Assembly: GCA_964605525.1 (NCBI GenBank) | Contig: CAZSCV010000006.1 | Span: 434 to 64,433 of the forward strand | Length of the DNA stretch: 64,000 nucleotides | Reading direction: 5' to 3' | From: an uncultured Bdellovibrionales bacterium | GTDB taxonomy: Bacteria; Patescibacteriota; Minisyncoccia; Moranbacterales; UBA9337 | In this document: in pieces, positions 38,427-48,606 of the stretch | Position numbering within the stretch: the first letter of the stretch is position 1 | How the letters are laid out: each line of letters begins with the position of its first letter | Program-made: the position numbers and the translations under genes | Notes under the pieces: generated by a model | What the model was told of the DNA's origin: nothing | The model's input: only the letters and a program-made list of their open reading frames with translations | The model's database searches: none

Positions 38427-39527
38427 TCAGTTATTAGCTCGCATCGCGCTTTCAACATATTCCTTGATTTTCTTTTTAAATATTTCCCGGTCGAATTTGA
38501 GAACTTTACTGCGGATATATTTTCCGTCAAACTTTTCACCTTTAAACCTTTCTATCGCCTCCATTATCGCTTCAGGAGTCTGCAGATTGAAAAATATTCC
38601 GCTTTTCCCCTCTTCCATATGTTCCGGAATATCTCCTCCGCGATAAGCAATGAGCGGTCTTCCTGATGCCATCGCTTCAATAGCCGTAATACCAAAATCC
38701 TCTTCTTGGGGAAAAATAAACGCTTGGCATTTTGAATAATGCTCCAATAATTCATCGTCCGAAAGCCTGCCTAAAAATTCAATATTACTATAACCATCAG
38801 ATATTTTTTTCAATCTTTCCGCGTCCGGTCCCCGACCGATAATTTTTAGCTCCAGTCCTAATTGTTTGAAAGCCTCAATGACAATGTCAAATCGCTTGTA
38901 TATCATCAATCTTCCGACCAATAAAAAATAATCCTCTGGCTTATCGCTCACATAAAAATTATTCACACTTACCGGAGGATTGATGACAATTGAATCTCTC
39001 TTGTAATATTTCTTGATTCTTTTGGAAATAAATTTTGAATTGGCAATAATCTTGTCCGGCCTTTCCGCACTCACCCTGTCCCAAATCCGGATATAATTCA
39101 TAAAAAAAGGCACCAGTTTTTTCACAAATCCCGGAAAATAAAAATCCTTTGTGTACTTTTGGCAATCATCCCAGGCAAAGCGCATTGGCGTATGCATATA
39201 ACAAATATGGAGTGTTTCCGGACCAGTAATAATTCCCTTGGCAAAGCTAGATGAATCGGAAAGAACCACATCATAATCAGAAAAATCAAATTGTTCAATT
39301 GCAATCGGCATCAAGGATGGAAACATTCGATGGCGAGTGAGCGCAAAGGGAATTTTCTGTAAAAAAGAAGTTCTAATATCTTTTTTTTCAAAATGCCCGT
39401 GCATAGAATTTTTGTCGTATGCAATCGTATAAATCGGCGCCTCGGGAAAAAGCTCGCAGAAACTTTCCAAGACTCTTTCCGCCCCTCCATATTGAACCAA
39501 ATAATCATGCACCAAAGCAATCCGCAT
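38427..39527 (-). CDS. Glycosyltransferase family 4
   Basis: MRIALVHDYLVQYGGAERV...EDFGITAIEAMASGRPLIAYRGGDIPE. Confidence 0.8.
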   Translation of the reverse strand: MRIALVHDYLVQYGGAERVLESFCELFPEAPIYTIAYDKNSMHGHFEKKDIRTSFLQKIPFALTRHRMFPSLMPIAIEQFDFSDYDVVLSDSSSFAKGIITGPETLHICYMHTPMRFAWDDCQKYTKDFYFPGFVKKLVPFFMNYIRIWDRVSAERPDKIIANSKFISKRIKKYYKRDSIVINPPVSVNNFYVSDKPEDYFLLVGRLMIYKRFDIVIEAFKQLGLELKIIGRGPDAERLKKISDGYSNIEFLGRLSDDELLEHYSKCQAFIFPQEEDFGITAIEAMASGRPLIAYRGGDIPEHMEEGKSGIFFNLQTPEAIMEAIERFKGEKFDGKYIRSKVLKFDREIFKKKIKEYVESAMRANN

Positions 39528-39619
39528 AAAAGTTCTTATTTATTTACAATATTTTGATTATACCAAAAAGCCGCCAATCTGGCGACTTTACAAAAAGATG
39601 AAATTATTACGAAATGCGC

Positions 39620-41053
39620 CTAGCTATTGTTTTTCCTTCTTCGCAGCAAAACACCGACCGTTTTGAGAATTATTTGAATATCCAACGCCAATGACCAGTT
39701 TTCGATATAAAACAAATCAAGCTTATATTCATCTTCAAAATCCAAATCACTGCGACCAGAAACTTGCGCCATTCCGGTTATTCCCGGCTTGATCGTGAGC
39801 AATCTTCGATGATATTCCATATATTTTTCCACTTCCCGTTTTTGATGCGGACGCGGTCCAACCAAACTCATCGAACCAAAAAGCACGTTAAAAAACTGCG
39901 GAAATTCATCAATGGAATATTTTTCAATGAAATTTCCCACTTTGGTTTTTCGCGGATCATTCTTAATTTTATACAAAGGCCCTTGGCGCACGCTTTTTTC
40001 AGCAATTAGCTGTCTTTCAAATTCCAGCGCTTTTTCAAAGTCCGGATTATCTTTTGAAATATTATATTCCCATTTCATATAACGAAATTTGTAAGCAAAA
40101 AATTTTCTTCCATCTGCCCCAATTCTTTCATTTTTGTAAATTACCGGTCCCTTCCGATCCTCTAATTTAATCAAAAGCGCGACAATCAACATAACCGGCG
40201 AAGTAAAAATAATAAAAATAATTGAAAAGATAATATCAAAAACTCTTTTGGCGATTCTTCCCCATCCATCCAGCGGAGTATTCATAACCTCAATTATCGG
40301 CTCTCCATTAAGTACGCCTACTTTGTATTTCGAAGTTTGCAAGGTAGTTGGAATAAATTTATAAGCAATATTATTAATAGCGCAAAAATCAATTAATTTT
40401 TCCAACTCATCATCCGGAATAGAAGGAGAACATAGGATTATTTCATCAACCCCTTTTTCTTTCCTAATCTGTTTGATCACCTTAAGCTGTGCCGTGTTGA
40501 TAATATCCACAATGCGATATCCGAGGTTGCGGTTTAATTTTATTGTCCGGCAAACCTCATCCACTTTTCCGTTATGTCCAATCAAAAGCACTCGATGGAT
40601 TCCAATTCCGCGGCTGCGCAAAAGCCAAAGCTGAATTTTGTGCAAAATATAACGAGCCAAAACAACATAAAAAACAGCGATAAACCATGCTGCTAAAATT
40701 ATAAAACGGGAAGAAAACCATTCCCTTTTGAGAAATATCGCGATAATTATAATCACTAAGCCAATTGAAGTGGCGGTAAAAACTTTGAAAGTTTCTTTCC
40801 AAAATTTACGCGTCACCCGAATATCATACAACCCCTCCAAAGCATAAATAACTAAGAAAAAAGGAGCTGCACTAAAAGCAAGTCGGATGTAATCTTGGAA
40901 ATGGACATCGTGGAATTCAAGTGGCTGGAGACTAAAAAATTTTGTCACTTCCGGATTTTCTCGAATAAAAAAAGCGGAGAGAGCCGCCAAAACTATCATT
41001 ACAAAATCAGCCGGAACTTGAATAGCGCTAAAGAATAATTCAGATCGTTTCAT
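39620..41053 (-). CDS. Polyprenyl-phosphate glycosylphosphotransferase (WbaP/WcaJ-like initiating sugar transferase)
   Basis: C-terminal bacterial sugar-transferase domain (GPRP...DEFPQFFNVLFGSMSLVGPRP...PGITGMAQV). Confidence 0.85.
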   Translation of the reverse strand: MKRSELFFSAIQVPADFVMIVLAALSAFFIRENPEVTKFFSLQPLEFHDVHFQDYIRLAFSAAPFFLVIYALEGLYDIRVTRKFWKETFKVFTATSIGLVIIIIAIFLKREWFSSRFIILAAWFIAVFYVVLARYILHKIQLWLLRSRGIGIHRVLLIGHNGKVDEVCRTIKLNRNLGYRIVDIINTAQLKVIKQIRKEKGVDEIILCSPSIPDDELEKLIDFCAINNIAYKFIPTTLQTSKYKVGVLNGEPIIEVMNTPLDGWGRIAKRVFDIIFSIIFIIFTSPVMLIVALLIKLEDRKGPVIYKNERIGADGRKFFAYKFRYMKWEYNISKDNPDFEKALEFERQLIAEKSVRQGPLYKIKNDPRKTKVGNFIEKYSIDEFPQFFNVLFGSMSLVGPRPHQKREVEKYMEYHRRLLTIKPGITGMAQVSGRSDLDFEDEYKLDLFYIENWSLALDIQIILKTVGVLLRRRKNNS

Positions 41054-41103
41054 AATTATTTTTATTATACTACACAAACACTTGCAATAAAAATTCAACT
41101 TCG

Positions 41104-41517
41104 TACCAAGGCAAATCTATAAGCCGGATTCTGTACTCCGACGCGAGGTCGGAGTGGCAATCATTTATCTAGCTCCGGCGTTACCGTCGGAGTCAAGCGG
41201 CACCCCCCGGCAAAATGCCGAGGTACGGCCTTGCATTCAAGTAAGGATTTAGCCGTTTCACCTCTTATATTACTATAAGAGCTTATCCCCCGTGAGGGGG
41301 ATATTTTATTTCTTTCGAAATAAAACGTCTCTGCTCGCACCTCTTGGGTTTCCCCATGACGGGCGTTACCTCCGACGATTTTTCAATGTCGGAGCTCCGC
41401 ACCCTTTAGAGCGTCGGAGCCGCTACCCTGCTCCCTGGTACAAAACCAGGGGAATGTCCGGACTTTCCTCTCCGCCGATGCAAAGCATCAGCAGAGCAAT
41501 TGCCCAATTTGCCTTGA
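41104..41517 (-). ncRNA. rnpB: RNase P RNA (bacterial type A)
   Basis: The minus strand carries GAGGAAAGUCCGG (P4 5' strand, plus 41458..41470), ACAGAAUCCGGCUUA (P4 3' strand, plus 41120..41134), AGGGUGCGGAGC, and a P1 pairing CAAGGCAAAU/AUUUGCCUUG. The region is about 410 nt and GC-rich. Confidence 0.8.
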
Positions 41518-41655
41518 TATAAAGCCAAATTTTCAATGTTATATCTACTACTACTCCAAACAATATTAATACTTTTTTACCATTTTGTCAATAAAAACGT
41601 AAAAAACCTTGCCAACAATAGTTAGCAAGGCTAAGAAAACCCGCTTAATATTATG

Positions 41656-41901
41656 CTAAGAGAAAAGAGATTTTAACCAAAAGTATAAACTCTTCCTTGA
41701 ATCACACATCAAGAACAAATATGCAAATATCGATATGGTTGCAAGTTGTCCGCATAAAGCATTCGCTTGCTCTTTCGGAATATAGTTGGCTAGAAAAAAA
41801 TAGCCGCCACACCAAAAGAAGCATTTTAAGAAAATAGTTACCCCAACAACATCAACAGCGTATACTGCGATAGCATCAGAATAAGGATCCCTATTTTTCA
41901 T
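41656..41901 (-). CDS. Small hypothetical membrane protein
   Basis: 81 aa with two hydrophobic helices. Confidence 0.3.
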   Translation of the reverse strand: MKNRDPYSDAIAVYAVDVVGVTIFLKCFFWCGGYFFLANYIPKEQANALCGQLATISIFAYLFLMCDSRKSLYFWLKSLFS

Positions 41902-41943
41902 ACCATCACCTCTCTCTTTTTTTATTTTTAAAAAACTATCTTC

Positions 41944-43086
41944 CTATCTCAATAAAGCTTCCAGTTCCTTTTCAGTTTTTGCGCGGATCTTCGCCTGTAT
42001 TTCATTAATTTCTTCATTGGTCAAAGTTCTTTCAGATGAACGATAGACGATACGGAAAGTGTAGCTTTTTTTATTTTTACCGAACTTTTCATCATTTTCA
42101 TATTCATCCAAAAGTTTCACCTCCTCGATCAGATTGTCTGCATAGTCTCGAACGATTTCATAATAATTATTAATATTTATATCTTTATCAATAATAAACG
42201 AGATATCCCTGATAGTTGCGGGAAATTTGCTAACCTCGGTGAATTTACTATTGATATCCTTGAATTGGCTTGTAATCCTTTCGTTATTCGACCAAAAAAT
42301 TCGAATATCCGGTATCTCGAATTTGACCATAGCCAATCTCTCTATTCCAAAGCCAAATGCCCAACCATTATAAACCTCCGGATCAATATTTAAATTTCTT
42401 AATACCTGAGGATGCACCAATCCAGAACCGACAACCTCGATCCAGTCATCATTAAACTTCATTTCAATTTGAACAGATGGATCGGTAAAAGGAAAAGCAT
42501 CAACTAAAAACCTATATTCTATATTTTCTCCGAAAATGCTTTTTGTCATCTCTATCTCTACTTCTTTCAAATCATCCAGCGTTATTATTTTTTTATCTTT
42601 CTTGCAGAGCAAAAGACCATCAATCTGATGGAATGCCGGAAAATGCTTCCTGTCTATCTCATCCTTTCTATAAACAAGACCTGGCGCAAGCGCCATAACC
42701 TCCCCATCTCGCTCGAGTTTTTCCAAAATTTCCTTGTTAGTCAAATAATATGACCACATCACTGTCATCTGGGTGCGCAAATGATTTGTATTATCTAAAA
42801 AGAAAGTGTCGGTTTCTTTACGTGAAGGATGATCTTTGGGAGAATTTAAGATATCAAACTCTCTTTCCACTGTTGTTATTTTGGGAATTTCAACGATATC
42901 AAAATTGGAAAATCTCGGAATATCCAAGATCTGATCAACTAAAATTTTTATGGGCGAGTTATCTTTTTTTGTCAGATCAGGCAAGGCTACAAATCTTTTT
43001 ATACGCTCAGCCTTAATATCGCTTCTTTTATTTACTTCTTCAATCAGAGCCTTTTCATTTGGATCCTCAATAACAATCTTTCGCAT
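41944..43086 (-). CDS. pheS: Phenylalanine--tRNA ligase alpha subunit with C-terminal FDX-ACB (anticodon-binding) domain
   Basis: PheS motifs FPFTDPS and GWAFGFGIERLAMV. A 110-aa C-terminal extension (...KFPATIRDISFIIDKDI...YTFRIVYRSSERTLTNEEIN) resembles the FDX-ACB/B8 domain normally found on PheT or on the mitochondrial monomeric PheRS. Confidence 0.8.
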   Translation of the reverse strand: MRKIVIEDPNEKALIEEVNKRSDIKAERIKRFVALPDLTKKDNSPIKILVDQILDIPRFSNFDIVEIPKITTVEREFDILNSPKDHPSRKETDTFFLDNTNHLRTQMTVMWSYYLTNKEILEKLERDGEVMALAPGLVYRKDEIDRKHFPAFHQIDGLLLCKKDKKIITLDDLKEVEIEMTKSIFGENIEYRFLVDAFPFTDPSVQIEMKFNDDWIEVVGSGLVHPQVLRNLNIDPEVYNGWAFGFGIERLAMVKFEIPDIRIFWSNNERITSQFKDINSKFTEVSKFPATIRDISFIIDKDININNYYEIVRDYADNLIEEVKLLDEYENDEKFGKNKKSYTFRIVYRSSERTLTNEEINEIQAKIRAKTEKELEALLR

Positions 43087-43107
43087 ATTTTTATTTACTT
43101 CACTGAG

Positions 43108-43533
43108 TTATTTATTTAAATTGATATATTTTGCAAATTTCATTCCAACTTCGGCGTTTTTATCCAGAATAAAAATTCCGGAATGATCATCCCCCAAACC
43201 TAACTCGTCCTTGGCGCACAACATCCCGAAAGATTTTTCTCCGCGAATCTGGGCTTCTCTTATCTCTAATCCATTTGGAAGTTTTGCGCCAACCAACGCA
43301 ACCGGAACCTTTTGTCCAACTTCGATATTTTTTGCGCCACACACGATTTGTAAAATTTCTCCGCCGACATCTGTTTTTGTAATTTGCAGCCTATCGGCAT
43401 TCGGATGTTTTTGGATTTCCAAAATTCTTCCCACCACAACATTTTCAAAACCAATCGCCGACTTTCCGGTTTCTTTTGCGACCAGTTTTTCACCGGACAA
43501 TATATTTTTAAGCCAATCAAATAAAAACTTCAT
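43108..43533 (-). CDS. Stand-alone tRNA-binding domain protein (PheT N-terminal B1 / Trbp111-like OB fold)
   Basis: MKFLFDWLKNI... matches the PheT N-terminus. VVGRILEIQKHPNADRLQITKTDVGG...QIVCGAKN is the tRNA-binding OB fold. It is only about 140 aa and lacks the B3-B7 domains. Confidence 0.7.
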   Translation of the reverse strand: MKFLFDWLKNILSGEKLVAKETGKSAIGFENVVVGRILEIQKHPNADRLQITKTDVGGEILQIVCGAKNIEVGQKVPVALVGAKLPNGLEIREAQIRGEKSFGMLCAKDELGLGDDHSGIFILDKNAEVGMKFAKYINLNK

Positions 43534-43602
43534 ATGCATTATTCTATTATCCCGAAATCCGCCCATGGCGGATACCCGAAATTCAAAACTAAAATACTTA
43601 AT

Positions 43603-44808
43603 CTAAAAAACTATTTTTACAAAATCTTTTTTGCCAACTTTGATTATTTTTCCGGAAAAAGAAATATCTAAAACTTTATTCGGGTCTGTTATTTTTTCTC
43701 CATCAATCGAAACTCCGCCTTGTTCGATTTTCCGGCGCGCATCCCCCTTGCTTGTTGCCACATTTGCCAAAACCAAAAAATCAATCAGATTTATATCTCC
43801 TCTTGCTTTCACCTCTCGCACTTCCTCCGGAATTTCTTTTTTGGAAAAAGTGTTCACAAAATATTCTTCCGCCTCTTGGGCTTTTTCTTCCCCATGATAA
43901 ATTTTCACAATCTCATGCGCCAACCGCACCTTCGCATCCCGCGGATTTTCCAATTTCATCAATTCTTTGATTTCATCCAAAACAATTCTGGTGCAACCCA
44001 AAAGCAAGGGATGAATCATTCCATCCGGTTGCGACATAATCGCTCCAAACAAATCATTGGAATCCAAATCAAGAAAAATTCCGGTTCCATTGGATTTTGA
44101 CATCAACATTCCGGTTTTATCATCAGCAATCAATTTAGCAGAAATCACAAATTTATCTTTGTTTTTCAATTTTTGCATCAAGGTTCTTCCGGCCAACGCG
44201 TTGAAAATCTGATCAGTTCCACAAAGCTCCACATCCACATCCATTTCCACGCTGTCATATCCCTGCATCAAAGGATACAAAAATTCATGCAGATGAATCG
44301 GCTTTCCTTCTTTCATCCTGTTTTCAAACATATCCCGTTCAAGCATTTGCTGGACCGTAAAATTACTGGCGATATCAATCACCTGCTCGAAATTTAATTC
44401 AGAAAGCCACTCGGAATTATATTTTACTTTTACCGGATTATCTTTATCATCAAAAGAAAGAATGTTTTTCGTTTGCTCAAGCCAATTCTTGAAATTCTCC
44501 TCAACACCTTCTCGTGTCTGCCGCACCCTAGCCGCGCCTTTATCAGTCGGATCCCCAATCATTCCCGTAAAATCTCCGATAAGAAAAATCACTTCGTGTC
44601 CCAACTTTCGAAAATCTTCCAATATCATCAAATTTTGCGCATGCCCCAAATGAAGCGCTTTAGCAGTTGGATCGGCGCCGATATAAAATCGAAGATTTTC
44701 ACCAGAAAGCAACTTCTCTCGAAATTCTTTTTTAGTCGGCAAAAATTCCACCAAAACCCCGCGTTCCAAAATCTCATCCACCTTTTTTTCAAGTTCTTTT
44801 TTGTCCAT
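43603..44808 (-). CDS. tyrS: Tyrosine--tRNA ligase
   Basis: HIGH-like motif (ALHLGHA), KMSKS-like motif (LMSKS) and a C-terminal S4 domain. Confidence 0.9.
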   Translation of the reverse strand: MDKKELEKKVDEILERGVLVEFLPTKKEFREKLLSGENLRFYIGADPTAKALHLGHAQNLMILEDFRKLGHEVIFLIGDFTGMIGDPTDKGAARVRQTREGVEENFKNWLEQTKNILSFDDKDNPVKVKYNSEWLSELNFEQVIDIASNFTVQQMLERDMFENRMKEGKPIHLHEFLYPLMQGYDSVEMDVDVELCGTDQIFNALAGRTLMQKLKNKDKFVISAKLIADDKTGMLMSKSNGTGIFLDLDSNDLFGAIMSQPDGMIHPLLLGCTRIVLDEIKELMKLENPRDAKVRLAHEIVKIYHGEEKAQEAEEYFVNTFSKKEIPEEVREVKARGDINLIDFLVLANVATSKGDARRKIEQGGVSIDGEKITDPNKVLDISFSGKIIKVGKKDFVKIVF

Positions 44809-44862
44809 AATAATTAAAGTTTATCCGATTACCGCCTCGCGGTCAAATGCCGACCTTTGAAA

Positions 44863-45294
44863 CTATTTAAAACAACTTGACTTCACATAACCCTTGTTTT
44901 CCGCTTCTTGCTCGCTAGAAAAACAAACCTTGTTTTCCTTTTTTATTTGGTCTGCCCAATGACAATTTGTCGCCGGATGATATTTGTCTGAATTCTTGCT
45001 TGCCACAAAAAGGCACTTTTCCAAGTTTTCATTTCCCGCGTCTTGCTGATTGTTATTCTCAATCTCCTTCGCGCCATCATTAATTTCCGAATCAGATTGT
45101 CCACTCGCCACTGCTACTGCCGGAACTTCGACAATCATCGGACTTTGCTGCCATTTCTGCCCCTGTAAAATACCCATCTCAAAAGCAATTACTGCCACCA
45201 AAATCATACCCAAAAAAATCACGATTTTTGATTCATATTTCGAAAAAATTTCTTTTATTCTCTTTTTCCATTTTTTCTCCGAAGTCATTGACAT
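44863..45294 (-). CDS. Membrane-anchored protein with C-terminal Ada-like zinc-ribbon motif
   Basis: One TM. The C-terminus YHPATNCHWADQIKKENKVCFSSEQEAENKGYVKSSC resembles the Ada_Zn_binding pattern (C...N.V.F.S..EA...GY...C). Confidence 0.35.
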   Translation of the reverse strand: MSMTSEKKWKKRIKEIFSKYESKIVIFLGMILVAVIAFEMGILQGQKWQQSPMIVEVPAVAVASGQSDSEINDGAKEIENNNQQDAGNENLEKCLFVASKNSDKYHPATNCHWADQIKKENKVCFSSEQEAENKGYVKSSCFK

Positions 45295-45377
45295 ATTTCC
45301 CTATTTTGTTATACTAAATTCCGTACCTGATCTTATTATACCAGATACGTAATACTTAATACATAACACCTAAAAAT

Positions 45378-45671
45378 ATGGCACATCGTAAAGCTGGTGG
45401 ATCTACCCAACTGGGACGCGATTCAATTTCCAAACGACTGGGAGTAAAACTTTTCGGAAGTCAAAAAGTGAAAGCTGGCAATATTATTATTCGCCAAAGA
45501 GGAACCAAATTTCATCCTGGAGAAAATGTAAAGAGATCAGAAGATGACACCTTGTTCGCCCTCAAAGATGGAATCATAGAATTCACCAAAAAGAAAATGA
45601 TGAGTTTTACCGGAAAATTGGAAAAAAGACGCTTCGTTCACGTAATAGAAGAAAAAGCAACAAAAAAATAA
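45378..45671 (+). CDS. rpmA: 50S ribosomal protein L27
   Basis: [24 protein letters not shown]...[10 protein letters not shown]. Confidence 0.9.
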   Translation: MAHRKAGGSTQLGRDSISKRLGVKLFGSQKVKAGNIIIRQRGTKFHPGENVKRSEDDTLFALKDGIIEFTKKKMMSFTGKLEKRRFVHVIEEKATKK

Positions 45672-45696
45672 TCTTTTCGAAAGTTTGATAAAAAAA

Positions 45697-45727
45697 TTCC
45701 AGCCACTTGGCTGGAATTTTTTTTATC
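45697..45727 (+). terminator. Intrinsic terminator after rpmA
   Basis: TCCAGCCA-CTTGG-CTGGA followed by T9. Confidence 0.6.
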
Positions 45728-45759
45728 TGAATAGAAAATTCAGCTTTCCGAAAAAATTG

Positions 45760-47394
45760 CTATTTTTCCATTGCTATTTTTATAAATTCCAAAAATAAAG
45801 GATGGGATTTAATCGGGCTTGATTGAAGTTCTGGGTGAAATTGCGTTGCCAAAAAAAATGGGTGTTCGGATTTTGGAAGCTCGACAATCTCCATCAACTT
45901 TCCATCCGGAGATTTTCCGGAAAATACCATTCCCCCTTTTTCAATCTGATCAATATATTTCGGATTAACTTCCCAACGGTGCCTGTGCCGCTCAGAAATC
46001 TTGCCTTTCCCATATGCTTTTTGCGCAATCGTCCCTTTTTTGAGGATTGCAGGATAACCTCCCAATCGCATCGTCGCTCCATAATTTCTATCCTCCAGAT
46101 TCTTCTTTTGCTCCGGCATAATATCAATAACCGGATTCTTCGTATCACGATCAATTTCAGTCGTATGCGCATCTTTTATTCCCAGTTTATGGCGAGAAAA
46201 CTCAACCACCGCCAATTGCATTCCATAACAAAGACCCAAAAATGGAATCTTATTTTCCCGGCAAAATTCAATCGTTTTTATTTTTCCTTCAACTCCTCGC
46301 GAACCGAATCCCCCCGGAACAACCACGCCGTCATATTGTCTGAGTTGCTCAATTTTTTCCGGCTCTTTTTCGAATTGTTCGCTGTTGATCCAATCCAATT
46401 GCGGTTTCACTTTATTTGCATAACAAGCATGCTTTACCGCTTCAATAACACTAAGATACGCATCGCTAAGCACAAAATCTCCAGTTCCAAAATATTTTCC
46501 CACTAATCCGATCCGTATCGGTTTTTTGGATTTTTTAATATTATCCACCAAATCATACCATTGTTTCAAATCGCTCTTGCGAGTTTTGAGTCCCAATTTC
46601 TTCAAAATCAACCGACTCAAATCATCCCGCTCAAAATTAATCAAAACTTCATAAATTGAATCAATATCCGGAGCGGAAATGACATAACGCTCAGGGACAT
46701 TACAAGAAATAGCAATTTTTTCTTTTCGTTTTTTATCCAAAAATGTTTCGCTTCTGGCAACAATCACATCCGGCTGGACGCCATATGAATTGAGGGTGCG
46801 TACTGCATATTGAGTAGGCTTAGTTTTCATTTCCCCTACCTTGGACGGGATCGGCAAATAACTCACCAAAACAAACATCACGTCGTCAGGATTCTTGAGG
46901 TGCATCATTCTAGCCGCCTCAATAAAGAGAATATTTTGATATTCTCCAACTGTTCCCCCAATTTCAATTAAAGTAATATCAGCGTCCGCTTTGCGCGAAG
47001 CTTTTTCAATTCTTCCGATTATTTCCTGCGGGATATGCGGAACCGCCTCCACGCAACTTCCGCCATATTCCAAATTGCGTTCCTTGTTGATTACTGATTG
47101 ATACACCATTCCGGAAGTCATATAATTTTCCGGGGGAAGAGCATCAATTCCCAAAAATCTTTCGTAATTTCCCATATCCTGATCGCATTCCATTCCACTA
47201 TCAAGAACAAATGTTTCTCCATGCTCGGTTGGATTCATTGTCCCGGCATCCACATTCAAATACGGATCAATTTTCATAGCTGTCACATTATACCCGCGCG
47301 CTTTCAGGATAGCCCCGATCGAAGAAGTGGTAATTCCCTTTCCTACTCCGCTCATCACCCCACCAATCACAAAAATATATTTTCTTTTTTTCAT
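45760..47394 (-). CDS. pyrG: CTP synthase
   Basis: Full-length PyrG, with the N-terminal synthase domain (GGVMSGVGKGI) and the glutamine amidotransferase domain (GLCYGMQ). Confidence 0.9.
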   Translation of the reverse strand: MKKRKYIFVIGGVMSGVGKGITTSSIGAILKARGYNVTAMKIDPYLNVDAGTMNPTEHGETFVLDSGMECDQDMGNYERFLGIDALPPENYMTSGMVYQSVINKERNLEYGGSCVEAVPHIPQEIIGRIEKASRKADADITLIEIGGTVGEYQNILFIEAARMMHLKNPDDVMFVLVSYLPIPSKVGEMKTKPTQYAVRTLNSYGVQPDVIVARSETFLDKKRKEKIAISCNVPERYVISAPDIDSIYEVLINFERDDLSRLILKKLGLKTRKSDLKQWYDLVDNIKKSKKPIRIGLVGKYFGTGDFVLSDAYLSVIEAVKHACYANKVKPQLDWINSEQFEKEPEKIEQLRQYDGVVVPGGFGSRGVEGKIKTIEFCRENKIPFLGLCYGMQLAVVEFSRHKLGIKDAHTTEIDRDTKNPVIDIMPEQKKNLEDRNYGATMRLGGYPAILKKGTIAQKAYGKGKISERHRHRWEVNPKYIDQIEKGGMVFSGKSPDGKLMEIVELPKSEHPFFLATQFHPELQSSPIKSHPLFLEFIKIAMEK

Positions 47395-47471
47395 AAAATA
47401 AAGAGCCGCACCCCCTGCGACTTAAAAAATTATTAAAATTCCACAAAAATAAAAATGATTATTCCTTGCTT

Positions 47472-47912
47472 TCAAACGCTTATAACCTCCACTAAAATCT
47501 CACGATATACCCCTCCGCCCAGATTAATTTTCACCTTATGCTCTCCGACTTCTTTTATCACCTTGTCCAGTATAACACCTTTTTGATCAATTTCAAATCC
47601 TTCATTTTTTAACGCCAAAGCAACCTCTTTACCACTCACAGAACCAAAAAGTTTTTCTCCGCTACCCTTGGACCGAATAATAATCCGTTTGCCTTTCAGC
47701 TCGTTGGCAGTTTCTTGAATCTTTTTCTGTTCTGCTTTTTTTCTTTCTTCTTGTTTTAATTTGACCTGACTAATGTTCTGTATCACACCTTCAGTTGCCG
47801 CCTCTGCCAATTTTCGCGCAAACAAAAAATTGCGCGCATATCCTTCAGCCACCTCTTTGACTTCCCCAGCGCGTCCCAAATTTTTCACATCCTTTAATAA
47901 TACAATCTTCAT
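47472..47912 (-). CDS. rplI: 50S ribosomal protein L9
   Basis: [30 protein letters not shown]. Confidence 0.85.
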   Translation of the reverse strand: MKIVLLKDVKNLGRAGEVKEVAEGYARNFLFARKLAEAATEGVIQNISQVKLKQEERKKAEQKKIQETANELKGKRIIIRSKGSGEKLFGSVSGKEVALALKNEGFEIDQKGVILDKVIKEVGEHKVKINLGGGVYREILVEVISV

Positions 47913-47942
47913 ATTTTAAGATATTATAGCCACAAATAAAAA

Positions 47943-48599
47943 CTATTGCAACCCATCATCTTTACTTTCTTTATCTGGACATACATCTTTAAAACAAATT
48001 TGATTTTTGACAAAAAACAACATTATTATTCCCAGAACGGACAAAACTGCAATAGAAATAAAAACAGGAGCAAAACCAAATTTATCAGAAATCACCCCGC
48101 CAAAAAAAGCGGCGGCGGCACTTCCTAATCCCACAGAAGTATCATATACCCCCCACTCCAATCCTTCGTGCTGGCTGTCGACATTTTTCATAAAAACCGA
48201 CATCCAAGCCGGAACAGCTATCGCCGCTCCCAACCCATACAAAAACTGAACTAAATATAACTGCAAAGGACTAGACACTATTAAATATGAAAGAGAAACT
48301 ACGGCATACAACGAAACACCGACAATAATTGCCCAAAAATTGTCCTTATCTCCTTGTATCCTATCAATCAATGAAGCTGCCGGAATCTGAAAAAAACTTC
48401 TGGTAAAAAGATATATCGCCTCGGCTATTCCTAAAACTCTCAAATCCGCTCCTTCAATGGATCCGGTTATGTAAATAGCAAAAATAGGAGCAATTAAAGC
48501 GAATCCTCCAACAATAAACAAATCAGAAATAATTAAGAATCGAATTATTCTATTTATCTTTACAAATTTAAGATACAAATTTTTCATAAATACTTTCAT
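47943..48599 (-). CDS. Half-size MFS-like membrane protein (6 TM; possible truncated transporter)
   Basis: MFS-like helices (GLGAAIAVPAWMSVFMKN...). The long ORF to 48746 overlaps the GH1 gene by 140 nt, so an internal start is more plausible. Only about 6 TM are present, against 12 for a full MFS. Confidence 0.4.
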   Translation of the reverse strand: MKVFMKNLYLKFVKINRIIRFLIISDLFIVGGFALIAPIFAIYITGSIEGADLRVLGIAEAIYLFTRSFFQIPAASLIDRIQGDKDNFWAIIVGVSLYAVVSLSYLIVSSPLQLYLVQFLYGLGAAIAVPAWMSVFMKNVDSQHEGLEWGVYDTSVGLGSAAAAFFGGVISDKFGFAPVFISIAVLSVLGIIMLFFVKNQICFKDVCPDKESKDDGLQ

Positions 48600-48606
48600 T
48601 AAAAGA

